Assembly: GCF_000497125.1 (NCBI RefSeq)
Contig: NC_090601.1
Location: 558,001-622,000 of the forward strand
Source: Spironucleus salmonicida
Taxonomy: Eukaryota
Direction: 5' to 3'
Length of the DNA: 64,000 nucleotides
The translations under genes and the position numbers were made by a program. Positions 13,691-26,789 of this stretch are shown here, piece after piece (the first letter of the stretch is position 1; every line of letters starts with the position of its first letter). The notes under the pieces are model-generated. The model saw only the letters and a list, made by a program, of their open reading frames with translations, was not told the DNA's origin and ran no database searches.

Positions 13691-14739
13691 GTATCTCTGA
13701 CTAATACACTCTCACCATCAGTGGAATTTGCGAAATGGGATGCTTAAACCTGTAGAATGGAGAGTACTGCAAGGAAGGTAAGGCTGAACCCTGTTTTGAG
13801 GGATGCACTTCGGCGTGCAAGTGCGGAGAACAGAAAAACTGTGCTACCTGCTCATTGGCCGGATACTGTACCTCCTGCTTACCGCATTATCAGCAGGACA
13901 TGTTCGGAGCCTGCACACAGTGCAGCTATGGTTACGAAATGCTTGATAATTTCTGTATTCCCAGTTATTTGACCCACTGGAACTCTGGTACCTGTTCTAG
14001 AGTAGATTATACATGCAAGGCAGGTTTTTACTGCCCAGCTACAAGTAATCATCTAGTGCAGTGCTTACCATGTAGAGAAGATATGAAGTTCGGGGATTCG
14101 TGCTACTGCCTGGATAACGTACCGACATAGAATTGCATAGAATGTGCAAATGGAAACTGTACTAGAATAATGATAGAGTAGGCAGATACCAGTCCCCATA
14201 CCAAAAGATGCCTTTTAGGCTGCTCATAATGTAATGCAGACTAGAGGTGTTTGAAGTGTGATGATACTCACGTTTTAGATTACTCTAATCACACATGTTC
14301 ATTTTGCGACGAGAATTAGTTTATCATCACAACCTCCGGCTTGTGTACCCCTAAATGCGAAAACCTCCCAGTTGGCTATTACTGCAAGAATGGAAAACCA
14401 GAGCTGTGTACTGAGGACAGTACCTCTATGTGCAGTTGTGGAGTCGCGAAAAACTGTGCCCTATGCAATCCAGATAATAATACTTGCAAACAGTGCCTTA
14501 ATGCTATTCACATGGACTATACAGGGATTTGCGTGAAACCAGCAGACTGGGAATTAGAGAAGCAACAAGCTGGTGAAGAAAGTGCGGATGAGCATTCTGC
14601 TGGAACGTTCGAAGTTGGGGCTTATCTTGGTGTAATTGCGGCCGTCCTGGCCCTGATCAGCTGCGTCTGCATTACTGCTTATATTGTTGTAAAGAAAGCT
14701 CGCAAATCACCAGGAGTGGTTGCTATCTCCATATACTGA
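13237..14739 (+). CDS. CRMP1-type cysteine-rich membrane protein, 500 aa
   Basis: Four standard-code fragments in one frame; CxxC repeats, TM (LGVIAAVLALISCVCITAYIVV) and basic KKARK tail; no internal TGA. Confidence 0.92.
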
Positions 14740-16087
14740 TTTAATTGAAGTATCTTAATAATCATAAGCTCGTTTTTTATTTAAAAGTATAAGTTTCAGT
14801 TTTTCAAACAAATCTTGTTATTAAATATAAAAATAATCTAGTGTATTATATAATTAAGCAAATATATTAATATCAATATTTGTTTTCATAATTGTTCATT
14901 TTTCTTAGTATGATTACTAGTTACGATTATTAACTATATTTAAAATATTTAAAAGCGGGTAAATTACTAGTAAAAGTATATTGATTTTACTGGATATTTT
15001 TATATAGCTACTATTATAATATTCTGAAAATAGGTAACTAAGTATTATTATTATAAAAATAACTAAGTTAAATCCACTTCATCAATATATAAGATAGTAC
15101 TAGCATAATGAATTATATATATTATACCTTATTATAATTGTGTAATAGATAACATACAACAATTATATCTTGCACTTAGATTTCTAATGAGTTAAATATG
15201 ATTTTAATATTTACTAAAAAGTAAAATAATAATTATGACTAAAGAATAAAATAATTAATAAAAATTTACATAATTATCTTAACTCCTTTTGTAAAGTGTC
15301 ATGCTATATTTGCTAGAAGATAATTTTTAAAAATGCTAGTTAGAATATATTAAAAATTATAAAAAACTTCATTTAAATCATTTTTTATAAGTTAAATAGA
15401 AGTAAAACTATATATCAGCTACTAACTAAAATAATAAGCTTCAAAAAATATATTATTCAAAAATATACATTATACAACACCACATATGCATGACCTTTCC
15501 TCGTTCCGTTACTATGGTGTATCCTTATCATTAAATTTACAAATACTATAACGACTACCGATTATTATCATCACGGACTGATAAGTATTACTGCCCAAAA
15601 GTTTCCTTAGCTCTCGACTGTAGGTTGGTTTGATAGATAACCAAGACATATACTTTCGATTTGGCTACATAAATATTGCATTCGAGGAGAAATGCTGCAA
15701 ATAACGTATTTTCCAGATTACAACACAGAATCCAGCGTCTCATTATTTAAAAATTGCGGTTATAGAAACTTTAGTTATAAGATCGCGGCAGCAAGACCGT
15801 GTTTCCCAGTATTGTCAACGCAATAATTGTAAATTGCATCTTTTATAATTACTATGAGCTATACCGTTTCCTCAATACTCTTTCAAAGTAGATAGTTCGA
15901 TATGTGGTTACCTATAATAGTCAAGTGATACTATTTTTATTCCATCTACTATTTCGGATAATTTCGTCTAAATCGGAAGTAAAGCTATTTTAAAATAATA
16001 TATTAATTATCATATAATACTAATGCTATGGATCGCGAATACATCCTATTTCTTCGATATAACATTCATAATATCTCACCTTCCAAA

Positions 16088-17002
16088 ATGAGCTGCGAAG
16101 ATGGGACATCAGGCTTCTTCTGCTAGTGCAAACGCGGCTATAAGTAGCACTCTGATATGGATTTAACGTGTGTATAGAACGACTGCGAGACTGCTTTCGG
16201 TGACTGCGCGGGCCGCGCGGAGTGCCTATTTGTCAGTAACGCTGCCGTGCCACCCGGGGTGTTTTCCTGTCAACCCTGCACCGAGTACCCCTATAACTCC
16301 TCAGTATCACGATGCCTAGCCTGCGTTCAAAACTCGGTGTTCTTCGGCCCTGAGCCCAACTTGGAGTGCCGACCAGCAGCGTGCGTTGCAGGTCCAACTA
16401 TCTGCAGCGGCAGGGGAGTCTGCTTGGAAATAGGGTAGTGTGCGTGCTACGACCCTAATTTCGACGGCGGAAGGGCCTGCGCGTCATGTCTGGAGAACCA
16501 TGTACTCATCGGCCGCAAGTGCGTTTTCCAGGGCTGCATCACCGGCGGGACCGAGTGCGCAGAGCGGGGGTTTTGTGATGGTCAGGTGTGTTAGTGCTTC
16601 AGCTCGCGCCTCGATTCCACGGCCAACTGCAGCTCATGCAAAGACCCGAACGCACTGATAGGTGATTTCTGCATCGAGTGCATGAACAGGTTCTAGATTG
16701 TACACGGGACCTGTATTGATGTTAGCTGCAGGAAGGGAGAACGATTTGACTATCTGGAGCTGCAATGCGTAAGCTTGTTGCCGAAATGGGGGACCAGGGA
16801 ATGCGGAATGGTGGTAGCCATTGTGGTTCTCGTTGCGGTTGCAGTGTTCTAAGTATGTGCTATTGCAGTTTACCAGCTCCGCTAGCGGGGTATCCCGACA
16901 CGGCGGAACTCTATTCTGTCTTCGAGGACGGTTTCTATAAGTCAGCGCACGAAATCGAACGATTTCTAGGGGTTGAAGATGGATAGCTACTACGCAGAAT
17001 GA
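16088..17002 (+). CDS. CRMP2-type cysteine-rich membrane protein, 304 aa
   Basis: TTCCAAAATG start; MSCEDGTSGFFCQC...ICSGRGVC...TM (MVVAIVVLVAVAVF); colinear with the 3' half of the other CRMP2 genes. Confidence 0.85.
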
Positions 17003-19627
17003 TGACCTGATAGGGATATGGTAGGGTAAAAATATTGTAAATGTCGTGGCTTTCGCGAGGTTTCCTAAAGTTAGCGAACTTAATGGCGTAGACTGAATAT
17101 GCTAGATTTCTGATTTTTATTTTGCATAGAGTCTAGGGAGCTGTAGAGTGAATTATATTTCGTTGGCGGATGCGACAGGCACATGTGGTACTTAAGGTTT
17201 TTAGTATTATACACAAATATCTGCCGAAGGGGCTGTGACCAGCTCAATCAGCTCATATGCAAAAATAATACTATAGTTTGCACAACTTCAGTTGAGACTA
17301 TGAAAGATAGCGGATCCACTTAGGAGTAGAATCTAGCTCCAAGTAGGTATCGCATGGATGCTAAGCACGCATGTGTCAGCCCTATTGCAGCATCATTTGT
17401 ATGCGGCTGGCAGATATAATCAAATCTATTTCCCTGCTCCGTTCTCTGCATAGTTTATGTGAGCGCTAGAAAAATATACATAGCGCATGTAAGCTAGACA
17501 GTAAAGTTACACTTTGCACCATGCTAGTTTCAATGCGTTGGGGATGGGGCAGTTTGCTTACTGTGATATGGTAACAACTGTTATGATTCCGACAGGGTTT
17601 GAACGCAGCCGATGTGATACTAGTATTGGAATTACTATTTTTACAAGCACTGAAGTTAAAATTGCGAGTAGATTGATTAACTTTACTGCTGCTAGTAGTA
17701 GTTTATTAAAAACATATTTTCTGGTAAAACACCCATATTTTGTTAGTAGCCAATATTTTCGAATTCCATAAAATAACTCAGACACCTTAGTTCGTATACT
17801 AAATTTTCTTACCCGACCGCTTTCTCCGATCTTTCCTGTACAGTTTGGTCAATAGACATGACATATATACGCCAAAGGTCGCAAGGTTAGTGCCAGTAGT
17901 GAGTAAAATAGTTTCTATACTAAATACAGTTATGCTGCTCTAGTTTAAACCACCTGCGGTATAAAGTCAATGCCGATACTGCAGTACTTATTAACAATAG
18001 TTGCTATCATTAAGAAGTATTTTTGGTAGAACTTGAACACTAGTTTTGCACTATTCGCTCCAGTTTTACTTTTCCGTACTATCTCGTACTATCTTAAGCT
18101 TAGTGGTACAAAAACACCTTCATAATTCCTCTAGTGTTCATTGCTGCAGATGGCAGTATTCTGATGCATACCATAATAGACTCATCCAGTAAGTCTGGTC
18201 CAGCAGGGTCGCCAGATTTGAGTAACGTATTTATAATGGGACACTACGCTGCCATCTTTTTCATGCGAAAAAATATCAAAAACCACCCCATCGCACAATT
18301 GCCCGCGCACTATCCTCTTGCAGGTCCTTGCTATGGTTATATAATTGATTCCCCTAAGTTAGATCAGTTACTTTTGCTACATGGGCTCGTGATAGAGAAT
18401 TATGCGAGAGGGATGCTCCATTTTAGGAGCCAAGTCAGTTCCAGTAGTGTTATATCGCCAAAGCTCTGCATCTAATCTTCATATAGTGAATGTCAAACAT
18501 GATGCTCAAACGAAACCGTGCGGTCAAAAAGCCTACCGCCGCATACTATATAATATCTGGCATATTGTTCAGAAGTATTTCGTATATTTCGTGTTCAAAG
18601 TGCACTAAGTTAGCGTTTTGGTTGCAGATAAACGCGATTCACCACTTTAGAAATAGGTGATTGCCTAAATAGAGAATGCTCGAGCTAAACGTTAGCTACT
18701 GCTACTAATTTGCATACACAAAGGTGTTGAGGTGTACCTGGAACCAGATGCCATTCACATCCAGAGAGCTCCTAAATATACGTAATATACGCCCCAGATG
18801 CTAGTTTTATGTGGAATTCATATTATCTATTCGGCCACAGTGTCGTATATACTGTATCTAAGAAAATATGTGTGGTGGAATTATGGAAGTCGTTAATCCT
18901 GATATTAGAGTTTATTACTAGGAAGCTTTCAAATTAAGGCGAGATAACCTCCCCAGACGTGCAGATGCGTAGGTACGAGGTATACATATAAATTTTATCA
19001 GTTACCGCAGGGAAGGCATCGCAAAAGTAATCCGTGAAAGCTCTGCTATACTCAAAGATGTTTAATATAATTGTTAATATGGCAGTTAGGTAATTCCATA
19101 CATGTTGATTGACAACTCGACCATCACGTTTTCAGGAAGGTCAGCGCACAATGCATTTTGATTAGAGTGAAGGTTAACTTGCTCGTGATTAATGTTGGTA
19201 TCGTATAGTATGACATAATTATATAAATAGCAGCCTCTATGGATACTTTGAGATGCCTATATAGCGGTGAGTATTTTATCAAGATGTATTATGCGCAATA
19301 TTTACCGACTCCGACCAATAGAGTCAATTGAGTGACCTACACGACTTCAGTTTAGAATTTAGCACTGACTCTTAACTGAGAATATTAAAATTAGATGATA
19401 TGTCTGGTTGAATAGGCAACTATATTGTCGCCGAGCCGACGACGAACTATATTTTATATTCAGATAGTGAGAAGAACTATTCTAACATTTTGCTCAGTAG
19501 AGTAAATCCTTGCATAAGTTTCACACGCCGATAACTAACTATTGCAACCAGATTCCGCAGTTTAATATAAAATAAGAGGAATGCTAAATATGATTCCCAC
19601 GAGGTACTAACACTGCTAACGCTGTTG

Positions 19628-19921
19628 ATGACTGTTGAGAACCCAATAGAAATAGACCCGCCGTGCTACCTATCATAGAATGATGTGCTGTGCCGATGCA
19701 AGACACCATACTATGCGGAGTGCCAGCGGTGCGCGGGGTGCCTCAACGTCCTGATACCTGGGTGCGGGCTGTATGCCGGCGCGTGTTGCTGCCTTGGCGA
19801 ATGCTGCCAGCGTGGGGCCTGCCAGATCGCATGCGCCGGACTGTACATGTTCCTGTTCGCCCCGCTGCTGGTCGGCTGGGGGCTAAGCGTGGTCGTGGGC
19901 GTGAGGATGATGCTGTAGTGA
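19628..19921 (+). CDS. Small Cys-rich membrane protein, Spec3/Stum-like, 97 aa
   Basis: LNVLIPGCG and LFAPLLVGWGLSVVVG resemble the LNxxxPGxG and xPxxVGWxxSxxxG motifs of the Spec3/Stum family (recognised by eye); stop in TAGTGA. Confidence 0.7.
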
Positions 19922-19939
19922 GCTTCATAAATTTGTTAT

Positions 19940-20021
19940 GACACTTTGGCCGAGTGGTTAAGGCGAAAGACTAGAAATCTTTTGCACGTTGTGCGCATGG
20001 GTTCAAATCCCATAGGTGTCG
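19940..20021 (+). tRNA. tRNA-Ser (anticodon AGA)
   Basis: Acceptor stem GACACTT/AGGTGTC, D arm TGGCCGAGTGGTTAAGGC, anticodon arm AAAGA-CTAGAAA-TCTTT, long variable arm GCAC-GTT-GTGC, T loop GGTTCAAATCC. Confidence 0.96.
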
Positions 20022-20089
20022 AATTTTACGCATTCGTGTGCATTTGCATTATGATATGCACCCGCTTCGCTCCTTCCCATTCGCTTCAA

Positions 20090-21181
20090 ATGATACCCAC
20101 AGTCTGCTTCCGCTACTTCCAGCTCCCCGAGGCAGCCCTGGTAACCCTCAAGCAGATCGCCCAGGTTACCAAGATATACTAGGACGCCCAGGTGCTGCAG
20201 GTACAGGCGACGCTCGCGTTGAACCTCCTCCAGGGCATTTTCGAGAACCTCTAGGTCACCCAAATCGAAGCCATTTCCTCAAAAAATCTGGTTCACGACG
20301 CCCCACTCGACCTCGAAGCAGTAGAAACAGCGCGTTGCGACTTTGTGCATCAAGGCTTCACTGATGGGGACTTGAAACATGTCCTCTCCCTCGACGACGT
20401 CGAGTGTGTAGCAACGGTCGACTTAGCGCTGGGCATGAAGTTTGTGGAGGGGAAGCGATCGCTTCTGACCACCTAGCTGTAAAACCATTTCAAAGATTCG
20501 TCGAAGCTTATTATTAAACTCCCCAAGGCACTTTGCGCCACCTTCAAGCCACGCCGGGCGGTGTAGCCAGATTTCACAGTCGTGGACTTCGAGGCGTACG
20601 CGACATAGTAGGTTCGCGGAGGTGGGTTCGATCCCAGCAAGACGCATATTTCTGAGTTCGGCGCCGTCCGCGTCCAGAATCGGAGAATCGTTGCCACGAT
20701 ACAGAACATCGTACTGCCCTCAGCCGCGTGTCTGAGACTGCCTGACAGCTAGCTGTTCATGGCTAGGAATATGACCAAGCTGGACTGCTCTAAGATGACC
20801 ACAGGAATACATAGCGGGGAGATAGGAACGCTCTTCGATAGCTTTAGCAGGCTCGATAGCGCTGCCCTCGCTGGGCTTTCCGGGGTTACGATTCTAGAGG
20901 ACTTCTGTGAGGTGGAAAAACCGAACATTCTGGCCAAAGGGCCAGAGTTGGAGAAGCAGGTGCTGGGCATAAAAATACAGAACAGCGACGACATCCTAAC
21001 CAAAGATAGAAGCGAATACCACGGAGCACATAGAAAATTCCACTACTGCAACTTCCACGTGAAACACCAGGGGAAGACGTTTAGCAAGAAAGGGAAAAAG
21101 GAAGCGATACACTGCGCACTTGACGACTGCTATGTGGTGGCCGAGCTGCTGCTGGCAGGAGAATCAGAGGTGGTGGAGTGA
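20090..21181 (+). CDS. DEDDh/DnaQ-fold nuclease with E-C-H-C zinc motif (Maelstrom-like), 363 aa
   Basis: Open in code 6 (alternative ATG 20051); motifs VVDFEA, ISEFGAVRV, AKGPELEK, YCNFH, IHCALDDC; stop in GAGTGA. Confidence 0.75.
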
Positions 21182-21518
21182 TAATCTATGGATTTTATTA
21201 TGATGCGTGAGGCCTTGGATGGAAGCGGGAGCAGCGCGGTCAATGGTATGCTTAAATAAGTGCTATTTAAGCAAGCGGTTTGCAGTAGTTTGTATCTTCT
21301 ATCATATGTAACCGAGTACTCTCTCTGCAGTCTACCAGAACATTGAAACAATGCAATACGCTAAACCGCGCACTAGGTATTTTCCATCGCAATTGCCGCC
21401 AACACCTTAGATTTATAGATCTTAAAACCTTTCCACTCCTATTGTAGGTGCCTTCAAAACATATAATAGTAAATACATTTGAACTTTTGACTATAATTTT
21501 AAGGCAATCATAACAAAA

Positions 21519-23129
21519 ATGCTCGTTGCGCTCGCCCACGAGATCTCCTGGATCACGAAACCGCCACCATAACCCTCCCAAACTGCCACAATTTCTACCG
21601 ACTTCACTCAACACTACTAGTTTTCTTTCAACACACCAGCCCTCTAGAACAACTTTAAGCCAAATTTCAAAACCTGCGTTGCCCAACAGACCTCCGTATA
21701 CTAGGTTCTCCTCGAGGGGTGCTAGCAGCATACTCAGTACCAAGAGACTTCCAAACTATACACTTACTCAGTCCCATGCACGTCACAAATTTGCTTTCCG
21801 GACGGCCCCAATTAGCGTGGATTCGACCTGGTTGAGCTTTTTAGCTTCTAGCTCTGCAAAGGTAGCGAGAATGTGGACCAGAAGGTAGTGCTGAAGTGCC
21901 AGTTTGAGTCGTACGAGCTGAACGACAGCCAGACGCAGTTCTCGGTCCCCGGAATCACAGGGCGGCTCATACTCAGCCAAAAGCCAACTTTCCTCATTTT
22001 TGATGATATAGTAATAAGGAGCGGAAAGTCGTTTTCGGTCTCAAATTTAGTTGCGACCCAGGTTGCTTAAAGCGAGGATACTTGGCGTAGTTTGCGAACG
22101 GATTTGAACACCGTCTTACCCAGCTACCAGCCAGGATTTTTGGACCAGTTTGAGAGAAACAAAATTGGCTTAAAATGCACGACTTCTCAAATTCTAGAAG
22201 ATCGCATTCTGCTGTCCTGCGATCTTATTTCGCAGACGATTTTCGAGCTCACGTTCGATGATTTCAAGAAGGTTTCCGAGGTAGAAGAAGCGGAGTATTT
22301 CACCATATTGGGATAAATAGCGAAGAATTTTAATACCTCTCTGATAGTCGTAAACTTGATTCTAACCGTAGAAGGAACGAAGAATTTCAACAAAAACATT
22401 CAAATTTACGACGAAGACGGATTTCAAGTTTACGAGCGCGCCCTGTCAACTCTAGTAAGCAATACTTTAGTATACGAAATTGAGTTCTACTCCCAGAAAC
22501 TGAAGTTTAGAGTGGCGGTGGAAGGGAATGTGCTGGAAATTGAGCTTGATGGCAACATAAAGTTCGGGCAGGTGGCCGATCTCGAGTTTTGCTCTGAGAA
22601 AGCTGGGTACAGTAGAGATGGGAAGCGTTGCTTCACCGGATGCGTTAACAGTAGCATGCGGGTCGATAACAGGTGCGAGATGGCTGAGTGCGCGGTTGGC
22701 TTGATTGCGTATCTGCCTTTACTTTCCTGCCTCAGCGAAGATGACTATCTGGTAGCCACTGGCGAGACTTTTATACCAGATCCCGAGTACCTTGAACAGT
22801 TCAATTGCAACCTGCCCGGTACTGCTGAACGTGGTACTTGCGTCTGCCCAGAGAACTTTACAACGGTAAACTACGTCACTGGCAATCTTTGCAACGAGGA
22901 TGCGGTCTAGGAAATGGCTAAATTGCCTCTGATTGATAGCTTTTTTAGTCAGATTGTAGGGGGCGGTTTGGGGGACGTCGGGCTGTTCTACGTAAAGGTT
23001 GTTGAGTTTCTGTCTGGAATTTCAGGAAAGTGGTTGTTCATGGTGCTGCCTGTGGTGCTAGTCGTCTTATTAGTAGTGTTCGTCGGGTTCAAGGTATTAA
23101 GGCTGCTGATTATGCTCAGGAGGAAGTGA
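21519..23129 (+). CDS. Type I membrane protein of unknown function, 536 aa
   Basis: Fragments 21873, 22092, 22356 and 22914 share one frame; short hydrophobic N-terminus, Cys-containing membrane-proximal region, TM and LRRK tail; stop in AAGTGA. Confidence 0.85.
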
Positions 23130-23349
23130 GGGGTTTCAAATGGGTGTGGTTTTTTCATGATATGCGATTAACGATACTGATAGGTAAGTAGTGACAGATT
23201 TCAAACAGTAGCGCAAGGGTCATAATACCGAATAAAACTTCGGCATAACTATTCATATTCTTTGACTATCTGTTCATGAATTACATAAAGTTAATATAAA
23301 TATCATACTATTATTATATAATATTAGAGTATAGTAAGAAAATTTATGA

Positions 23350-25020
23350 TCACTTTGCGTATTACTCGTTTTCAGTAACTAGACCTGAATGGCGCGTAGT
23401 TTTCATTTCTTGTATTCCAGAGTCTTTCTTAGGTATAATTATACTATTTGCAGAAGAAATTTGATTTCTTTTTTTAGTGAAATAATAGACTGTACCTCCG
23501 ATAATAATAATTATAACTAATAACAAAATTACTATACCAGCAATTAAACCGTTAAAAAAACTGTCCTTATTTTATTATATATCTTCACAACCTAAAATAG
23601 TCATATTATATACTTAACCTTCCGAACAAACTATGTTTGTGCACTCTCCATATACGAATTCAAATCCTGGCTTGCAGATTGTGCAAATCTCAGCTATTAA
23701 CGCAGTTTCTTAAACACATTCGCTGCATTTAAGTTTATCATTCAATAGATAAGTTTCACAAACACATACATTATCTTTACAAGTGCCTTTATTATCACAT
23801 TCAGTGCCATTGTGAATGCAATTTTCATGAACGCATTTTTCCTTCATTAAAGTGTAACCAGAAATACAACGCGTACACGCAGTTTCGGGATCTAGCGTTT
23901 TATTGAAGCATTCACATACACCAGTTCTCAGACACGATCCTAAATAATTACAAATTGTGCCATCAATAATGCATTTATCTGGCCTACAATCACGATTATC
24001 AACAGGACCAAAATAGCTAGAGCCTACTAAACACCCGTAGCATCCCTAGCGAGGATCGTTAAAGCTGTAAATACCACAATTTCGACATACCAGTTCATCA
24101 CCCCTGTGAATGCAATTTCCACGCCGGAAGCAGTTTCCTCTAGGTGACACGCAAAGATCAACCGCGCATTCTAACGTCCTAGCATTAACTTATACTTTAC
24201 CTTTAGGGCACTGACAGAATTTTCCACTGGTGCCGTTTTCGCAGACGCATTTGTAGGAGATTACACCGCCGCATTTTCCATTAGCGCTGCAAACAACGCC
24301 ATCGTTGACGCAGTCTGGGCTGACGCACTCATTGACCCCAATATTCTCCAATCCGGCGGCGCAGAGCTCACATTTCGACCCGGAATAATTACTTTCGCAC
24401 CTACACTCAGAACTCGCTTCATCGCAGGTGCCACGGTTACTGCAAATCGTCTCCCCGCTCAGACACAGATTTTCGACGCATTTGCCGGCCTTGAGCTCGC
24501 TGCCGGACTTGCATTGCGCGCACTTCGTAGCGGGGTCGAAATCGCCCTCGCAGACGCACTTTCCCTGCGCGGTGCAGGTGCCGTTAAAAGCGCATTCTGC
24601 GCGTTCTGAGATGCAGTTTTCGTGTACGCAGATGCGTTCAGAAAGCGGTTCGACGTAGGAAAAACCGGTCAGGCAGCCGCTGCAGCCTTGGCGGGGGTCA
24701 TTTCCCGTGAATTTCCCGCAGTCCTTGCAGGTGAACTCGTTGGCGCCGTTTACGATCCTCAGCTCGCATTCTGAGCGGCCGAAGCACTGGCCTTTGGGCG
24801 ATTAGCAGAAGTTTTAGGCGCATTCGAGCGAATCCTGTGCTATCTGGATCGAGCCCGGCGGGCACTGGCAGTAGAACCCTTTGTGGTTGCCTGTGCAAAT
24901 GCACTTGTTTTTGCTGAAGCCTCCGCAGGTGCCATTGCCGCTGCAAATTGTGTTTCCGATAACGCACGTATTTGGGTAGCAAACGCTGTCAATCATGGTT
25001 TAATTCTCGGGGCAGGACAT
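23350..25020 (-). CDS. CRMP2-type cysteine-rich membrane protein, 556 aa
   Basis: Read through in code 6: MSCPENQTMIDSVC...GLIAGIVILLLVIIIIIGGTVYYFTKKR...QYAK; paralogue of 43785-45608; stop in AAGTGA. Confidence 0.92.
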
Positions 25021-26531
25021 TTTAAAATTAGGAAGGAGAGCATTTTGGCCGGAAATAGGCTGAAATATGTTTTATGAGAAGTTAACGCGTACAATTAAGA
25101 ATTTTGGTTATAAGGTTATTGAGAAAAATATAGTGAATTTAGGATTGGAAAGTAAAGTGTTGCATAGAATATGATTTAAATTAATCTGTATTATTATTCA
25201 AAATTAAAAATATGATGAATTATATGAAAAATAATGTGTTATCATATAATTTTTGGTTTCTAGAAACAAACGAACCTAATTTATTATAGGCTATAATAAA
25301 GGTAAAAATAAAAATAATAAATATTATTTCCAGGTTGATTACTAATATAATTTATAATAAGCATGGTTTTATCTTAGACAAAAGTAAAATGAAGTCTTTT
25401 TAAAAATTATACAAACTCTGATTATATGATTAATAGGTATTAAAAATTAAGAAAGATACGTAAAAAAATGAAGACTATAATAATATTATGTTTAGAAAAT
25501 AATATACATTAAATAGTTTAAATTGAATGTGTACACAAAAGAAAGTTAATTAAGGGTAGGTCATTATTAATGTAAACTTATATAATATTCTCTCCTAAAT
25601 GATCATATTTCATACAATGTTAATAAAAGTTATTATTGTAGAATATAATAATCTATATTAATATGTTTTATTAAAATCATTGGCTATTATTAGATCCCTT
25701 TACGATATATTTAGTTATTATTTATATGTCTAGTTTTAACTATAATTTATTAGTATTTCTGTGATTTTTGGCTTTATTCATTGTAATTATAACGTGTATT
25801 TTTTCAAAAATAAAACATACAAATAAAAATAAAAATAAAAATGAAAATGAAAATGAAATGCTTAGAACTTTATAATTACTTTTGTATTTAATTCAAATAA
25901 TTATATTTAATATTATTATTTTAATGAAATTCATTATTTTATGATATTGATATGAAATAGATATTTTGTTATACCATGATTCATATATAGAGTTGCTAAA
26001 CTTATTTATTTCAAGATAATAAGATAATTTTTAGATCAATTTTATTTATAAAGGGATTTAATATTATTAGTGTCATAAGATATCATTTAATGCATATGTT
26101 TGGATGTAAAACTTTATGTTAAATTTCAATATTATAAACTACATAATATATAAAAGTAACAAAAAGAAATCTGATCAGATCAGATATCAAAAACCAATTT
26201 CAAAATAAAATATAATATAAAATATTTTCAATTATTGACAAAATATTAAAAAAATAATCTATCATTATCTATAATATAATAAATACTAACTCAAGTTTTA
26301 AATGTGTAGTATTTCCATATAGTTAGTATGAAAATATAAAATATATTAAAGTTATAAAATTACAAATTGCTAGCGACAATAATAATGTAAAATATTTAAC
26401 CCAAGAATCTTTTTATAAAAATAAAATATTGAATTACTATATTAATAATAGAAAACTGAAAAACTATATTTATTATAATATAGATATTATAAATTTGGAA
26501 TATTCTAAATATATTTCCACTAAAATTTGAA

Positions 26532-26789
26532 ATGACTAGATATCATAAATGGAATAGTACTGAGGTTCAAGAATTAATGGTAGCTGTTCAGAATGGAACT
26601 GGTGTCAATGGTAGGATAAGTTGGAAATAAGTAGCTGAATGTGTATAATATGGAACTGAATGTTAATTAAAGAGATAATATAATAATATAAAATATAGAA
26701 ATACTAGTATCATGTAAAGCAGTCGATATTTAAAAAATGATGATGATATAATTCTTGATCAAATAATATGCATAATGAACAAATTATGA
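26532..26789 (+). CDS. Myb/SANT-like DNA-binding protein, 85 aa (possibly truncated)
   Basis: YHKWNSTEVQELMVAVQ...ISWKQVAECV...QLKRQYNNI fits the W-x-W-x-Y Myb repeat spacing. Confidence 0.7.

Noticed and set aside
19946-20182. ORF MAEWLRRKTRN...
   Set aside because: Its start is a translation of the tRNA-Ser gene; the real CDS starts at 20051 or 20090.
25821-25860. AAAAAT/GAAAAT short tandem run
   Set aside because: Low-complexity intergenic microsatellite; no spacers, so not CRISPR-like.
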